Assembly (NCBI RefSeq): GCF_020745735.1
Contig: NC_083421.1
Location: 45,933,001 to 45,997,000, forward strand
Length of the DNA: 64,000 nucleotides
From: Hemiscyllium ocellatum
Lineage: Eukaryota
Reading direction: 5' to 3'
Shown: positions 1 through 13,800 of the stretch, in pieces
Layout of the letters: each line of letters opens with the position of its first letter
Position numbering within the stretch: position 1 is the first letter of the stretch
Notes under the pieces: generated by a model
What the model was told of the DNA's origin: nothing
Databases searched by the model: none
What the model saw: only the letters and a program-made list of their open reading frames with translations
Made by a program: the position numbers and the translations under genes

Positions 1-1769
1 AGAGGGTAATAGATACAGTTGTAGGTATAGACATACTCCACGCACATTTGTATAGCACATACATGTATATGTTAATCATTTTGCACGTTTGCTGGGATAA
101 TGGCAAGTTTAAAGCCAAAGGTGGAAATATAACTGTTAGAAATGCTTCACTTCCTCGATTATGGAATCAGAGAGACTTAATGAATGATACATTTCTTAAA
201 TACATTTACATGAGTTATGCAAGCACAAGTTATTTTCTTTAATGCAAAGGAATAAAAGGGTGTCACATTGTCGCTGACCAATTTCTAGAGGTCCACATTG
301 ACCTAATTCACTAACTGTTCCAGTTTGCACATGGCAATTTTTTCAATTTAAGCTATAAATGTATTATCTTACACTTCTGCAATTTTGATTTACATTCACA
401 CATTGATTCACCTGCTCCTCCAATTCTGTCTGACCTGTGTTTTTTCCAGTTTTTATGTCAGAACTTCCAAATATTTTAATATGAACTCCAGAACTCTTAC
501 CAAAAATGCCTTTACTTTGACATTTCTCTTTATACCCTAAAACTGTAAAGTTCCTAACATTGTTTCAACCACTAACTATTACAAACTCCTTCCTATTCTT
601 TTACTTCTTCCTTGGCCCCTTTTAAGTGCCTCAGCTTGTGCTACATTAAATATACTACACAGGGGCAAACAGTAACAAAACAGACCAGAGGAAGCTGGTA
701 TACATAAATTTTGAAATGTTACTATTTCCATGTCTATGCCAGGTAAATTAGAATTGAAACAGTAACATTCCAAGCTGAATCTGATTGTCATGCCCATTTC
801 ATCCATCTGGACTATATCTAAAATAGAAACAATGAGATAAAAATATAACATTCTGGAAAGAAGAAAAAATCAATTTGATTACATCAGTTTTAGACTGATA
901 AGTCTGCATTTGTCTACCATTCCATAAATATTTACATCTCCATCCAACATAAACCATCCTGATTTAAGAAGGTTTCTCAAACACAATACGTGACACATTT
1001 GGAACAAAGCATGGAACAATTGCTTATGTTGAGCCATATCTTGTAGTTGGCATTTGAATGCTTATTCTGTGATTAGGTTTTTCATACTATTCTGGAATTG
1101 AACAAAAGTTGAAAAGTGACTGATAGCTATGGATTTTCCTGTGACAACCCTTTAATTAATATCAGCACACAAACTTCACCTGAAAGTCAAAATGTATTTT
1201 TTAGGCCCAAATATTCAAAAGGTGACAAGTATGAAGTGGCGAGGATGAATTTTAGTACAATGCTCTACTTAAAATGCCCTTGGATCTGAAAAGTGTCTCA
1301 ATAAATATTACAGTTATCAGGTGATATTGTAGTTCTGTACTCAACATTTGTGCTGATCACTGACCCTTGAAAATGCATTCATGAGCTGACAAAGTGTAGC
1401 GTTGGAAAAAGCACAGCAGGTCAGACAAAATCAGAAGAGCAGGAAAATCAAAGTTTTGGTCAATGAAAATTGCATTTGTTGCATCTGCAATAACTAGCAG
1501 ATATCCTCTGAGCTTTACTTAAGATACTTTCTTCTAAACACAGGCCATGAATGCACAACATGAAGAATACTTAATGACTAGATCAAAGCAGCTGAGATTA
1601 TTCTTGCCATACAATGAGCTCAGTTCAGGTGCAACATTGTTCAACATGCCCCCCCTTATGTTAACAATTATTTTCTATAAAACGGTTACTAATCACCTAA
1701 CATCCAATTTTAATAGAATATAACCCTGGCACACCATAGAATTTTTCAACATAAAATATTTTTACTTAC

Positions 1770-1849
1770 AGCTGCTACTGTGAGCATGTCGAAGACTTTG
1801 GTACAATACCGCCAAGCATTTGCATTTCCATACTTTGTTTGGCATTCAT
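1770..1849 (-). CDS. PPP6C: PPP6C exon 5 ([27 protein letters not shown])
   Basis: aacag acceptor, GCT|GTAAGT donor; 80 nt. Confidence 0.97.
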
Positions 1850-4800
1850 CTGTTAAAGTGGAGAATATTTAGTTTTTCTGAACATTCAAAATACTGGAAT
1901 TTGACAAAACATAATTTAGAAATACTGTTCCATTTCCCAGCAGACAATCTAGCTTCATAAAGTTTGTGAATTACCATAGAACCCATACACTTGAGTGATT
2001 TGTCTGCTTTCATGATTTCCTCTGAGGAGTGTAATGCGATCAGGCCATTTCGCCTTTAATGCGAGGAGGTAGGTGAAAGTTTCAAGGCTGTAATATCCTC
2101 TATCCACAAAGTCACCCTGTTAAAGTAGCAAATTACATGAGTATTACAGACAATTTAAAACATATGCAAGTGAATGACTGGAAAAGTTATTAAAAACATA
2201 ATATGCATGGTAGTGGCAAGCAGTCTTTTTTTTGTTACAATCTTGAAACAGTGAATCACAATTTAAACTTTAAAATAATATGTAGTTCGATCATTCATTT
2301 TTGATAGTTCAGATGCACACACAACAGCCCCTTGTTTCAAATATAGCATAACTAGTACTCTTATTTTCATGTTGTCAAGTCATCTGGTTTTCAGTTTTGT
2401 TCAATTCGAGACATAAAAAGAAACACCAACTACTGCATCAAGATCAAATAATTTTTAAAAGTTCCACAAATCAACCCAAAATTGGCTTTAAAAGTTAAAA
2501 GAAATTCACAGTGTAATATTTTAAGTAACTACTTACCATAAAAATATAATTTGTATCAGGAACTGGACCTCCAGTTCGAAACAGCTCACCCAAGTCATAA
2601 AACTGGAAAAGCGTTTAAAATGTGTGTCTGTTAAATATGAACTTGCACAGTATAACCATGAAATCTATTGCAAAGATGGAAGAAACTATTAGTTGTATAG
2701 TAAACATTTGATTTGAATATGCCCATTGCTTAAATAAATACATCTTGTCCCAACGCAAACTACTTAACTGTAGCAAAAATGTTCATTTCTCACGTTGTAA
2801 GCTGTTGATTTTCTGTAAAATTTAATCTTCAAACTAGTAGTAAACTTTTAAAACGTAGGTAGTATTAGAGGTTCTCAGCATTAATCTCAGTTGCCGAAAA
2901 TAAAATGTACTTCTATCAAATTACGATGTTAAATAGATGAAGCTTTTTTTTGCTGTGGTATACTGTAATAAGAATGTCAGTTTTATTGGAATAATTGTTT
3001 TGATGGTGTTTCATATACTAAACTCCAGTAGCCATACCAAAACTCAGTCGAGACTGATCAAAGTGAAAACGGGTGAAAAATGTGGAAGATATGAGTGGGG
3101 TCCACTCATATCTAACAAATGAGTACTGAAGATGAATGTCAAGCTGATGTTATGGTTGATGTCTTCTGAAATACACATTACGTAAGAATAGATCAGGTTT
3201 CATGCTCAAGCATGAATGTAACTACCTTGACGAACAAAATATCACAGATTTTATCACAAAACAAAAAATACATCAACTGAAACAAAATCAACTTGCACCA
3301 ACCATTTGCCACAAATATACCATAAGGAATCTATCTGCAGTTCTAAGTTAGCCTTCAGATAAAAATCTAAATTTGCAGACAAAAAAAACAGATTCACGGT
3401 CAAACAGATTTACATTTTTGAAATAGTGTGTCGCCAGCCTGGAGGAGCTGCCTTTCAAAAGATACAAAAGAACAAATCTCATATCAATGAAAATTGAACT
3501 CACCTGTCCATGTATGTCCCCACAAACAGTAACTGGTGTGGACACTGGCTGAACATTAGATTCTTCCAAAAGTAAGTCGCAAACATAGTCGCAGAGTCGC
3601 TGAAACATAAAAATATTTTTATCAAAATTAAACTAAATTTCTAATAAAAGTTCACTAATATAGACTTCTGAAAACAGGTCAGTAATGTCCTTATAATCTT
3701 AATTAAGACTTGAATGGATAACACCATTGTGTGAGAGTCATTTCTTAAGTTAAATCCAAAAGTCTGCATATTCACATCAAAGCTTCTACTTTTTGAATAA
3801 AAGTCACCAAGGTCAGTACACATTAGCCTTAGAACAGTGCAACTCTTTACTCTTAATGATAATCGTGTTCCCTTTATTGAATAGATAGTAAATATTAAAC
3901 ATCATTCTTTGCTTTAGTAAAAGATCTACAAATAAATGAACAAACTGTGCTGTCACCAGTTTTCTTAAGTGGGTGTTGGTAATTACTTATCAGGGTGGTT
4001 GCAGAACAAGTAACTTCTTTAAAAAAAAACTTATTCGTGAATGTGTGCATCATCAGCTGAACCAGGATTTAGCATCCACTCTTAAGTGACATTGAGAAGG
4101 TGGTGAGCTGCCTTCTTGAACTGATGTTTTTGTATGTTGCTCCAAGGAACAGGAAAGGAGTTCAAGGATGTTGACTCACCAAAATTGAAAGAAAATGCAA
4201 CAATATAGTTCCAGATCAGGACAACGTGTGACCTGGAGGGTTGCTTCCATGAAAACACCACTCACCACCTGATGCCCTTCTTTAGATGGGTAGAAGCCAT
4301 AGTTTGGAAGATGCTATAGAGGGAACCTTGATGACTTGCTGCAACAAGTCTTGGAAGATAGTCCACACTGCTGCCACTGCATTCAAGATGACAGTGATGA
4401 ATAAATTACCAAGTGACTCGTTCTAATTAGCTGTCCAAGCTTGGATGTTTCTTGAAGTGCGAAATATGGACATTGCCTCCTTCACAAGCTGGAGGTGTTG
4501 CAAATGGTGCTGAACATTGTGCATTCAGCAACAAACCTCCACATCCAACCTTATTGGTGTGTGGGGGGGGGGGGGGGGGGGGGGGGGAAAGAGTCATAGA
4601 TGAAGCAGCTGAAAAATGGCTATGCCTCAGACTCCATCATAAGGAACACAGGAGTTCTTATGGTGCTGTGGTAGTGTCCCCTTCTCTGAACACCCCATAA
4701 CCAGAAGAATAGCAGAACAGAACAGTTGCAGAACGTTGCGAGAAGTGATTGATGATGCCCACAACCAACTCCACAAATATGAATGGGAAATTTTGTGCCA

Positions 4801-7800
4801 AAAAAAAAAGAAAACCAATTCGCCTGACCAGGAATAGACAAGCACATTAGAACAAGCCATCAGCGTCAATCAACAACAGACCAAGACAAAGCAAAAAAAT
4901 TAGCTGAACAAGAAAAACCGAACAAGTTCACACAAAAGAATACAGACAATTCAGAAGTTTGGATTAAGAACCTCTTGGACCAATCACTAACAGACATGGA
5001 AAAAGTCATCCTAGTAAGAGGGATGAACTACAACTACAGAGACGCAGACAAAAGGGACTTCCTAGCAGCACTGGAATCAACACAAAGACAACAGACTCAT
5101 GGAAAAAAGAAAACAGACTATTGGAAGAAACCCAGCAGACCATCAGATAGACAATATCACCAACACCAAGCAGGAATGAAGAAGGGAACACCCTAAAGAT
5201 ATAGGAAAATTCTAGGACTCAAAAGACACAAAGATTGTAATCCTGCCTATAAACAAAGTGTCATCCTAAACACTAAGAGTACACTGAAAAAGTGAACTCA
5301 CTACTCAGATACCAACATCTACTAACAGGTGGTGATGGACCAGACTCCACAGTTAGAAAACCATATCACAGCAACACTGAAAAAAACACTACGAATCAGA
5401 CAAAATTAACAAGACAGATCTCCAAAGAATGGATCCATCAGGTTTCAACACACCCAGCTTCTCTGGATTACCTAAGGTCCATAAACCATGCCCCCCCCCC
5501 CCCCCCCCCCCAGACCCATAGTTTCACTTCCCGGCACACCAACTTACAAACTAGCAAAGGATCTTCACCATAAACTGAAATACCCAATAGAAGACTCATG
5601 CCACTCCATCCACTCCACTTATTCCTGAACATCAAAGACACCAAGATAGAAGAAGATGAAGTCATGATTTCTTTCAACGTAACAGGCCAATTCACATCAA
5701 TTAACATCAGCCTGGCCAAAGAATCACTGACCTCTCTAGTAGACAAACTAAGGACACAAACACCATTTCGCACTAACTCCATTAGCAAGGACAGCTTTCT
5801 CAAGCTAGTAGACCTGTGCCTCACTACCCACTTCACCTTCAACACAATTCACACAAACAATCAACGGGACACCCATGAGATCACAGATATCAGGATTCCT
5901 GGAAGCAGTATTGCAGAGACTCAAACAAGAAGCCCTCCCTACAATCCAACCCAAGATTTTGATCTGCTGTGTGTTTTTTGAAGAAATAATGAAGAGGATT
6001 GATGAGGTCAGAAGACCAAATGTGATCTATATGAATTTCAGTAAGGCATTCGATAAGGTTCCCCATGGGAGACTGGTTAGAAAAGTTAGATCTCATGAAA
6101 TACAGGGAGAACTAGGCATTTGGATACAGATCTGGCTCAAAGGTAGAAGACAGAGGGTGGTGATGGAGGATTGTTTTTCAGACTGGAGGCCTGTAACCAG
6201 TGGAGTGTCACAAGGATTGGTACTGGGTCCACTGGTTTTTGTCATTTATATCAATTATTTGGATATGAACACAGAAGGTACAGTTGTAAGTCTGAAGATG
6301 ACACCAAAATTGGTAGTGTAATGGACAGCGAAGAAGGTCACCTCAAATTACAACGAGATCTTGATCAGATGGGCCAATGGGCCGAGAAGTGGCAGATGGA
6401 GTTCAATTCAGATAAATGCGAGGTGCTGCATTTTGGGAAAGCAAAGCTTAGCAGGATTTATACACTTAATGGTAAGGTCCTGGGGAGTATTGCTGAACAA
6501 AGAGTCCTTGGAGTGAAGGTTCATAGATCCTTGAAAGTGAGGTCGCAAGCAGATAGAATAGTGAAGGCATTTGGTATGCTTCCCTTTATTGGTCAGAGTA
6601 TTGAGTACAGGAGTTGCGAGGTCATGTTGCAGCTATACAGGAAGTTAAATAAGCCTCACTGATGGAATATTGCGTGCAATACTGGTCTCCTTCCTGTTGG
6701 AAGGATGTTGTGAAACTTGAAAAGGTTCACAACATCCTTCCGATTGTCATAGGATGACAACGAGACTGCTCTGATCCTCTGGCATCACGTTAGCCCACAA
6801 ACCTACCAATACACTGAAACAGCTGATGAACCTAAAACGGACACTGTACCAACAACCAGCACGAATGTCATAAATAAAATAAGGACTACAACAAATACTA
6901 CAATGGACAGACAGGCAGGAAACTAGCCACCAGGATACACGAATGCTAACTAGCCACCAAAAGACACAAGCAGCTATCACTAGTATCCTTACACACAGAC
7001 AAGGAGGACACCATTTTGACTGGGCCAACGCATCCATCCTTGAATGGGCTAAACAGAGACACCCATGGGAATTCCTAATGGACATTCAAACCGGAACTCC
7101 ATCAGTAAACACAATGATTTGGACCCCATTTACCAACCTGAGAAAAAGAACTGGAAATGATAACTGTAACAGACCAAGACACAAAGAGAAAGCGGGACAG
7201 AACACCAGCACTTCTACGGAGGCGCATCTGATGTTACCTAGCATGGTGACAAAACGTCTGAGAACAAACCTACTGGCTCAGCGAGCAAACATACAACCAG
7301 ATCAGGTTACTGTCAAGCCAGTAATGTTCGATAACAATCCCTTCTATCACTTTACTGCTGATTTGGCAGTTGCCCTCCTTTTTGTGGAGGGAGCATAAGT
7401 GGACAATTTTCACATTGTTGGATGCTGTGGATATATTAGATCTTCCTTAAGGGTGCACCAAGTTCTGGAACTCAGAGTCAGCACTGTTGCAGCAATGTTG
7501 TCAGGGCTTATAGCCTTTAGAGTATCTAATCCTGAAGACTGGGAGTTGACATTACACACTCGGACAGAGAAATTGTTTATTATCTACCAGTAAAAATGCA
7601 ATATGTTAGCAAGTTGATAGAAATAATTTGTTACAAGTAAGGTGATTGTATTGATTGTCCTGTCATGTCAAGAAATGGATGAGGAAAACGTGATGCCACT
7701 AAAATGACTTTTACTTTTTCAAAATTCAATTAGGAATTGGGCATAGATTGTTTAGTCAATCAGAGATTGATCATGTTATTCAGGTGGGTCTCTCATGATG

Positions 7801-10800
7801 CAAGGGTCTAGTGGCCAACAAAAAGGTTAAATAAGTGGTAATTCTTAGTGGTATGGTGCACAAGAGAAAAGCCAACAGAAGAGAAAACTTTGCCCAGTCA
7901 GTTGGTCATGGACTGGTATCCCAAAGTAGATCAACTGAAAAACTCTTTATTAAGCATGCTTTTTTCTGTACTTGTTTTAATAAATTGTGAACTTAAGCTT
8001 TCAAGAAACTTATGAAAACATACTTGTAGATATAATGTGTCTAACCAAGACTAGTAAACCTTTAGATTGAGTTTGAGAGCACCAGCCTATAATTGAATTT
8101 TATGGGGCTCATGTTGTGCAGTGTTGGCATCCTCTGAGCCAGAAGACCAAGTATAAAGTCCCACCTGCTCCAGAGGTGTACCATAACATGTTTAAACAAA
8201 ATGATTTTAAAAATATCTATTATTTAATTCCTAAAACCCAAATTAATTACAAGATAACAAAATCCTAAAATCTTACACTCCTATCAAAACTGCTATGGAC
8301 AGATGTATCTGCAAAAGATAAATCGAAAAGGACAATATTAGAGTTTATCCCTATTGTTGGCTCCCTCACCAACTGCAATGATCTTTACGACTTGACCAGC
8401 TCTTAGTGACATTCACTGAAGTCCGCCACACAGTACATCCTATACCCTTGCCACCTTCTTCCAAGTGGTGTTCAAGATGGAGGGTACTAGTGAGGGCGTG
8501 TGATGCTATGAGACATGAAGTGATCTAGAGTCAGAGTCAATATTGACAACTCAAAGACTCCCTTCCAATTGTAAGTTTGTGCACTGTTACCTCTAGTAGA
8601 TATATTCTACCAGCAGAACAGGTAATATTTTACGGCATCTGAGAAATAATCTGGAATGAATTATTCCGTGATTATGACAATGACAGGATGTTGTTCAGGT
8701 GGTCCACGGAATGGCTCTCCCAATTTTGACACAAACCCTCAGATGTTTATAAAGGAGAACTTTGTTATGACATGGCAGTGAACACTTCTGCTAATTAAAC
8801 CAAACACCCAGAAATACTTACCTCGCCTCGTATGAGCAACAGAGAACTCCCCAAATTCCACTATTTCAAAAAATAATCAAACCAGACAGTGGCTGTTGTC
8901 ATCAGTGTCTGTCGACTTTCAGACGCAGACCTCCCTGGGTAGTCTTCGGTCTTTTATTACGGAGAGGTTTCATATGAAAAAGGTACCTCAGAGAGTGTGT
9001 TGGCTAGCAGGAGCTCTGATGATGGCAGTTGGTCACTTACTCTGGCTAACTCTTGTTTATCCACAAAGATCAGATCTTCTTATTGATTTGTTGTGTCAAG
9101 ACAGTAAAATTCAAACTAGATTGGATTTTAGAATCCTGGGGCATAATTTAAATTGATCTGTTAAATTTGAACTGTTGTGTAAACATAGCAATCTTAAATC
9201 AGGTATTTGTTTCACGATCAAATGTTACATATTTTCAATTTTCCAATACACTCAGACTGCTAGTCAGTCACATGACATTTACCTGCAAGCTCAGTGTAAA
9301 ACAGCCTTCACTCTCTCAAAGGTAGAGTATACACCTTCAATTTCATTACAAAGTCCACAATACTGGGTTTCCAGACTTCATTTTCAGCACGTAGGCTGAT
9401 GATGGGTCATTCGCTTGGATCAATTCCTTGGGCAACTTGCTAGGCTATTTCAGATAGCATTTACAAGTCAACTACATTTCTAAGGGTATGGGGTCACACA
9501 TACTATACCAGGTAAAGGCAGCAAATTTCCTTCATAAAAAAGGACAGTTGTGAACTATTAGTGACATTTCAACATATCTGCATTTTCTTGCTTTTCATTG
9601 CAGAAAATCTTTCAGACCTCTGCTTCTACCACAAGAGATGGCATTTACAATGCTTGCGAGTGATTTCTCTGGCCTCCACATATACACTCACGTATAATTA
9701 CCACATTGCAGTATGCCAAGTACAGAATGCATGACAAAATCACATCTCATTTTTATCTGATACTTTAAGCAAAGGAGATCTCAATTTAATTCTGTCTTAA
9801 TAGAAAGTTCAGATAGGACAGTCTTCAGAAAGAAGTCATTTTATATGTACCAGTTATATGATCTATAACATATTCAAATACTAAATGACTCTAATTGCCT
9901 TTGAGTTAATCCTCCTTCCTGTACAAAAATGAATTCTTGAGTTTTATAACATCATCTAAATTACTTTGTCTGAGAATATTAATCATTCCTTTCTAAAAAA
10001 AAGGCAAAAAAAATCCATAACTCCAGGCATGTATCTGCCATTCTTGAGTCAATCTGACATGAATGTTCCAGACATCATTAAAGAAAGACATCATGCAGCA
10101 TGCCTACTCATCTACAAAGAGTCAAAAGGTCCTAGATTCATCAACTCATCTAAACTCTAAACTGGGAAAAGAGACAAGATTACTGCATTTTTTTAAAATA
10201 ACAGTGCCAAGCTACATAGGGAGTAAAGTTCAGCTCCTTTAGGTTCCTAAGTACTATTCTGTAACTCTTAATAGAAAGCATTCATTCACTGTAATGCCTG
10301 GTGAGGCAGGATTTGCTTTGGTTTTACTGGTACCATTCAAAACCATTTACAAGGCTGCTAACACTCACTGAATCCACCCTCTGCTTAAGTTACTATATTC
10401 CGGGCAAAACAAGAAAAGTAAACAAAGCAAAAATAGTTGTATTGGATTCACTATTATTCTAATTTACAAGTTATTTGCATCTTCAATCTATTTTATAGGT
10501 TCCCCAGTCTCAAAAAGATAACATACAAGAGTAGCAAAAAGAGCACAGGATGGCAAAAAATAGTGAGAAGAAAATGTTTAACTACAGACATACTTGTAGA
10601 CTAGACACAAAGTAGTAAACAGAAGCACAGAATAAAAAGAAATCAAGTAATTAACTCATCTTGAGCATCTACCATCAAGTGTTCACAATGTTTAGTTCGA
10701 CCTGCATGAGAAGCAACAAAAACATTAAATATTTATTTTGCAGGGCAGTGTTACCAACTACCAGAACTCTACAGTTAACTACATTATTTCATCCAAGTAC

Positions 10801-13800
10801 CCATATTCCCCATTGTTAAAGCAGAACTACAAGCAACATTTAAACAGTAAATATTTAATTTAAAAAAGTAGAATGAGTTTCCTTTGACATGGGATCAATT
10901 GCACTTAGAAACAAAATGTGTGAAGTTGCTGTGTTACTAACAGTTGGATAACGTGCAAACATTGTTGACATAGAAGACAATATGAAGGAATCAGATCAGC
11001 CCACTGAACATAAGAGCAAGCTCGAGGGGGCCCATTTCTGCTCAGAAGCTGTACGAGTTGTACTAAATGTTAACCTGTTAAAAACTTTAGTTTAAAGCTG
11101 AAGATACGTGTTTTAAAATTGCAGGAATAAATATGAAAATGTACAGTATCAAATTTTAATAAGGTGGTTGAATAAAGAAATACATCATTCTTCACCATTT
11201 CTCTATTCACTTAGACTCTCAAGAAATTATTTTTCTATTTTAATACCCTCACACAGCCTGAAATTTGTTTTTATGTCCAAAGTGTTTATACACATGCTAA
11301 AAAAAAGTTACAGTTGCAATTTCATAAAAAGTAAATAACGCAGATGTTGGAAATCTAAAATAAAAACAATGCTGAAAATACATAGCTAGTATACAAAGAA
11401 ATAAAGTAAACACTTCCAGCCAATATTAAAGATGTAGATTTTGCAGCACATGATCAGAAAAACAGTTCAGTGAAAGACGCAGAAGTATGGATTTTAATCA
11501 CCAAAACTAGACAATGCCTTCAAATGTAGTGCATCAAGGCCTTATTTATAGAGAAATGTTCATGTTTATCAATTTATATGCATGCATACATAATGATATC
11601 CACACCCAATCTACCCTTTGGCACTAGCAATAGGTACAGAAACATGGCAGATGCTGAGAAATAAGAGGTGGTATTAATAGGAAGGACAAGGAGACGATAA
11701 AAAAATTAAATGGTACAATTTAAAAAGTGTTACCAGAATAGAAAGGAACATGCGCGTATAGATCTTTGAGGGCTAACAGGCAGGTTAAAAAAGCAGCATA
11801 TGCAATCTCAGACTTTAAATAAAAGACAGAGTACAAAATTCACAAAATTATGCTAAACCCATATAAAACATTAGTTTGATCTCAACTGGGAGTATTCTGT
11901 GTCATTTGACAAAGAACGTGAAAACTTTGAGAAAAGGAGGATATTTATTAGAATTGCTCTAAAGTGAGGGATTACAACTATGCAAATAGATAATAGAAAT
12001 TGGGGGTTACTCTCCATGAAAGAATGATTAAGAAGGGAGTTTTGAATGAAGGATTTGAACAGCGTGAATAAATGGCTGAAGTGTTAATGATCAGAGGATA
12101 CAGATACAAGGCATTGGATATAAGAAAAAGAACTTCGGAAGCCAGAAATGACTAATGGAATAACTAAATAAGTTATCATTCGTGAATGATAAATATAAAC
12201 AGTAACAAAGTGCAGTTGGCCTATTGATTTCAAATGGCATTTACATTGTATAATATATATCCAAACTTCATAAATGTTGGTAAAATGGCAAACAACAAAA
12301 AAAACTGAAATGTATACAGGTGTTTCTTTGAATGTTGAGTGTTTAAACTAATCATGATTCAGTAATTTCAGAGATGAGTAAAGGCACCCACTTAATTCAC
12401 TCATTTATATTACAAAAATATAAACCAAACTATTAATCATTGGTGTGATTTAACTACAATTTAAGCAACTTCTACTGAACAATACTGGGTTACACATCAA
12501 GGAACATGAATTGCAATCACCATCTGGATGATGGTTAAAAATCTCACAACACCAGGTATAGTCCAACTGGTTTATTTGGAAATACAAGCTTTCGGAGTGC
12601 TGCTCCTTCGTCAGTTAGCTTCTTGATGAAGGAACAGTACTCTGAAAGCTTGTGCTTCCAAATAAACCTGGCAGACTATAATACGGTGTTGAGATTATTA
12701 ACTTTGCCCATTCCAGTCCAACACCCCGCCTCCACATCTGGAACATGCCACCAAAATACTCCATGGATGTTAATCATCTACAGTTTTTGGCTTAGGAATA
12801 AGTTAATGACCTTCTTGAGTTGATGTGCAGTTACGAAGGGCGACATGCTAGTTTACTGTGTTTATGAGAAAAAGACTTCATGAAGGTTGTTCACAGGAAT
12901 TTCCAGATTTTACTCTAACCAGGCCTGGACTTCTTTTGGACTTCTTCCAGGAGATTGGATCATAAAGGATTTGATTAATTATGTCTCTGGTTGCAGTGTT
13001 GAGATGGGAAGAATTATTCAAATTTGCCCTCACTAGAAACATGCTCTTTTTGTCAAAGTACATTCTGACTTATTTTACAATCAGAAAAAGCTGAATCGGG
13101 AAGGACAGGTTAAAGTCCCACCTCCTTCAGAGGTGTATAACAACATCTGGATGGGTTGATTAGAAAAATAGGTAAAATTTAAAAAAGAATAACAAATACA
13201 AACTGCAGTTGATTATTCTGAATGTGAAACTTTTGTTTAAACCAGTGCTTTGCAATCTATGATTACAGTGTAGGAGGCCATTTGGGTTTGCATCAGTTCA
13301 TTGCAAGAACAACTCAGCTAGTTCCACTCCTTCCTCAAAGCTATACAAATTTTATTTCTTCAGATATTTTCCCCAAATCCCTTTTGAAAGCTTTGACTGA
13401 AGCTGCCTCGGTGAAACTCTGTGCACAAAGCCTAACTGCTTGCTACATAAAAAGATTTTCCCAAATTTTGTACATGGTTCTTTTGTAATTTGTCTTGTAT
13501 CAGTAGCCTTTGGTTCTCAACTCTTCAGTCCGAGAGAACAGAACACTTTTACTCCATTTCCGCTGCTTATGGCCTTCATGATTTCATAGACCTCTATAAA
13601 GACTCTATCAAACTTCTTTTGTTCAGAGAAGATTTCCAGTTTCTCTAATACATAAAATGAAGTCAAGCACTCTTGTAAATCTTTTTCTCTAAAGGCTTGA
13701 CATCCTCCTCCCATAATTTGGTCTTCAAAATTAGAATAGAAGGCCAGAATCCCTCCAGCGTGGAAACAGGCCATTCCGCCCAACAAGTCCACACCAACTC

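Noticed and set aside
1-1769. Search for PPP6C exons 6-7
   Set aside because: No LIDEQ/HGGLSP or WSAPNY-encoding sequence was found; these exons must lie beyond the window start.
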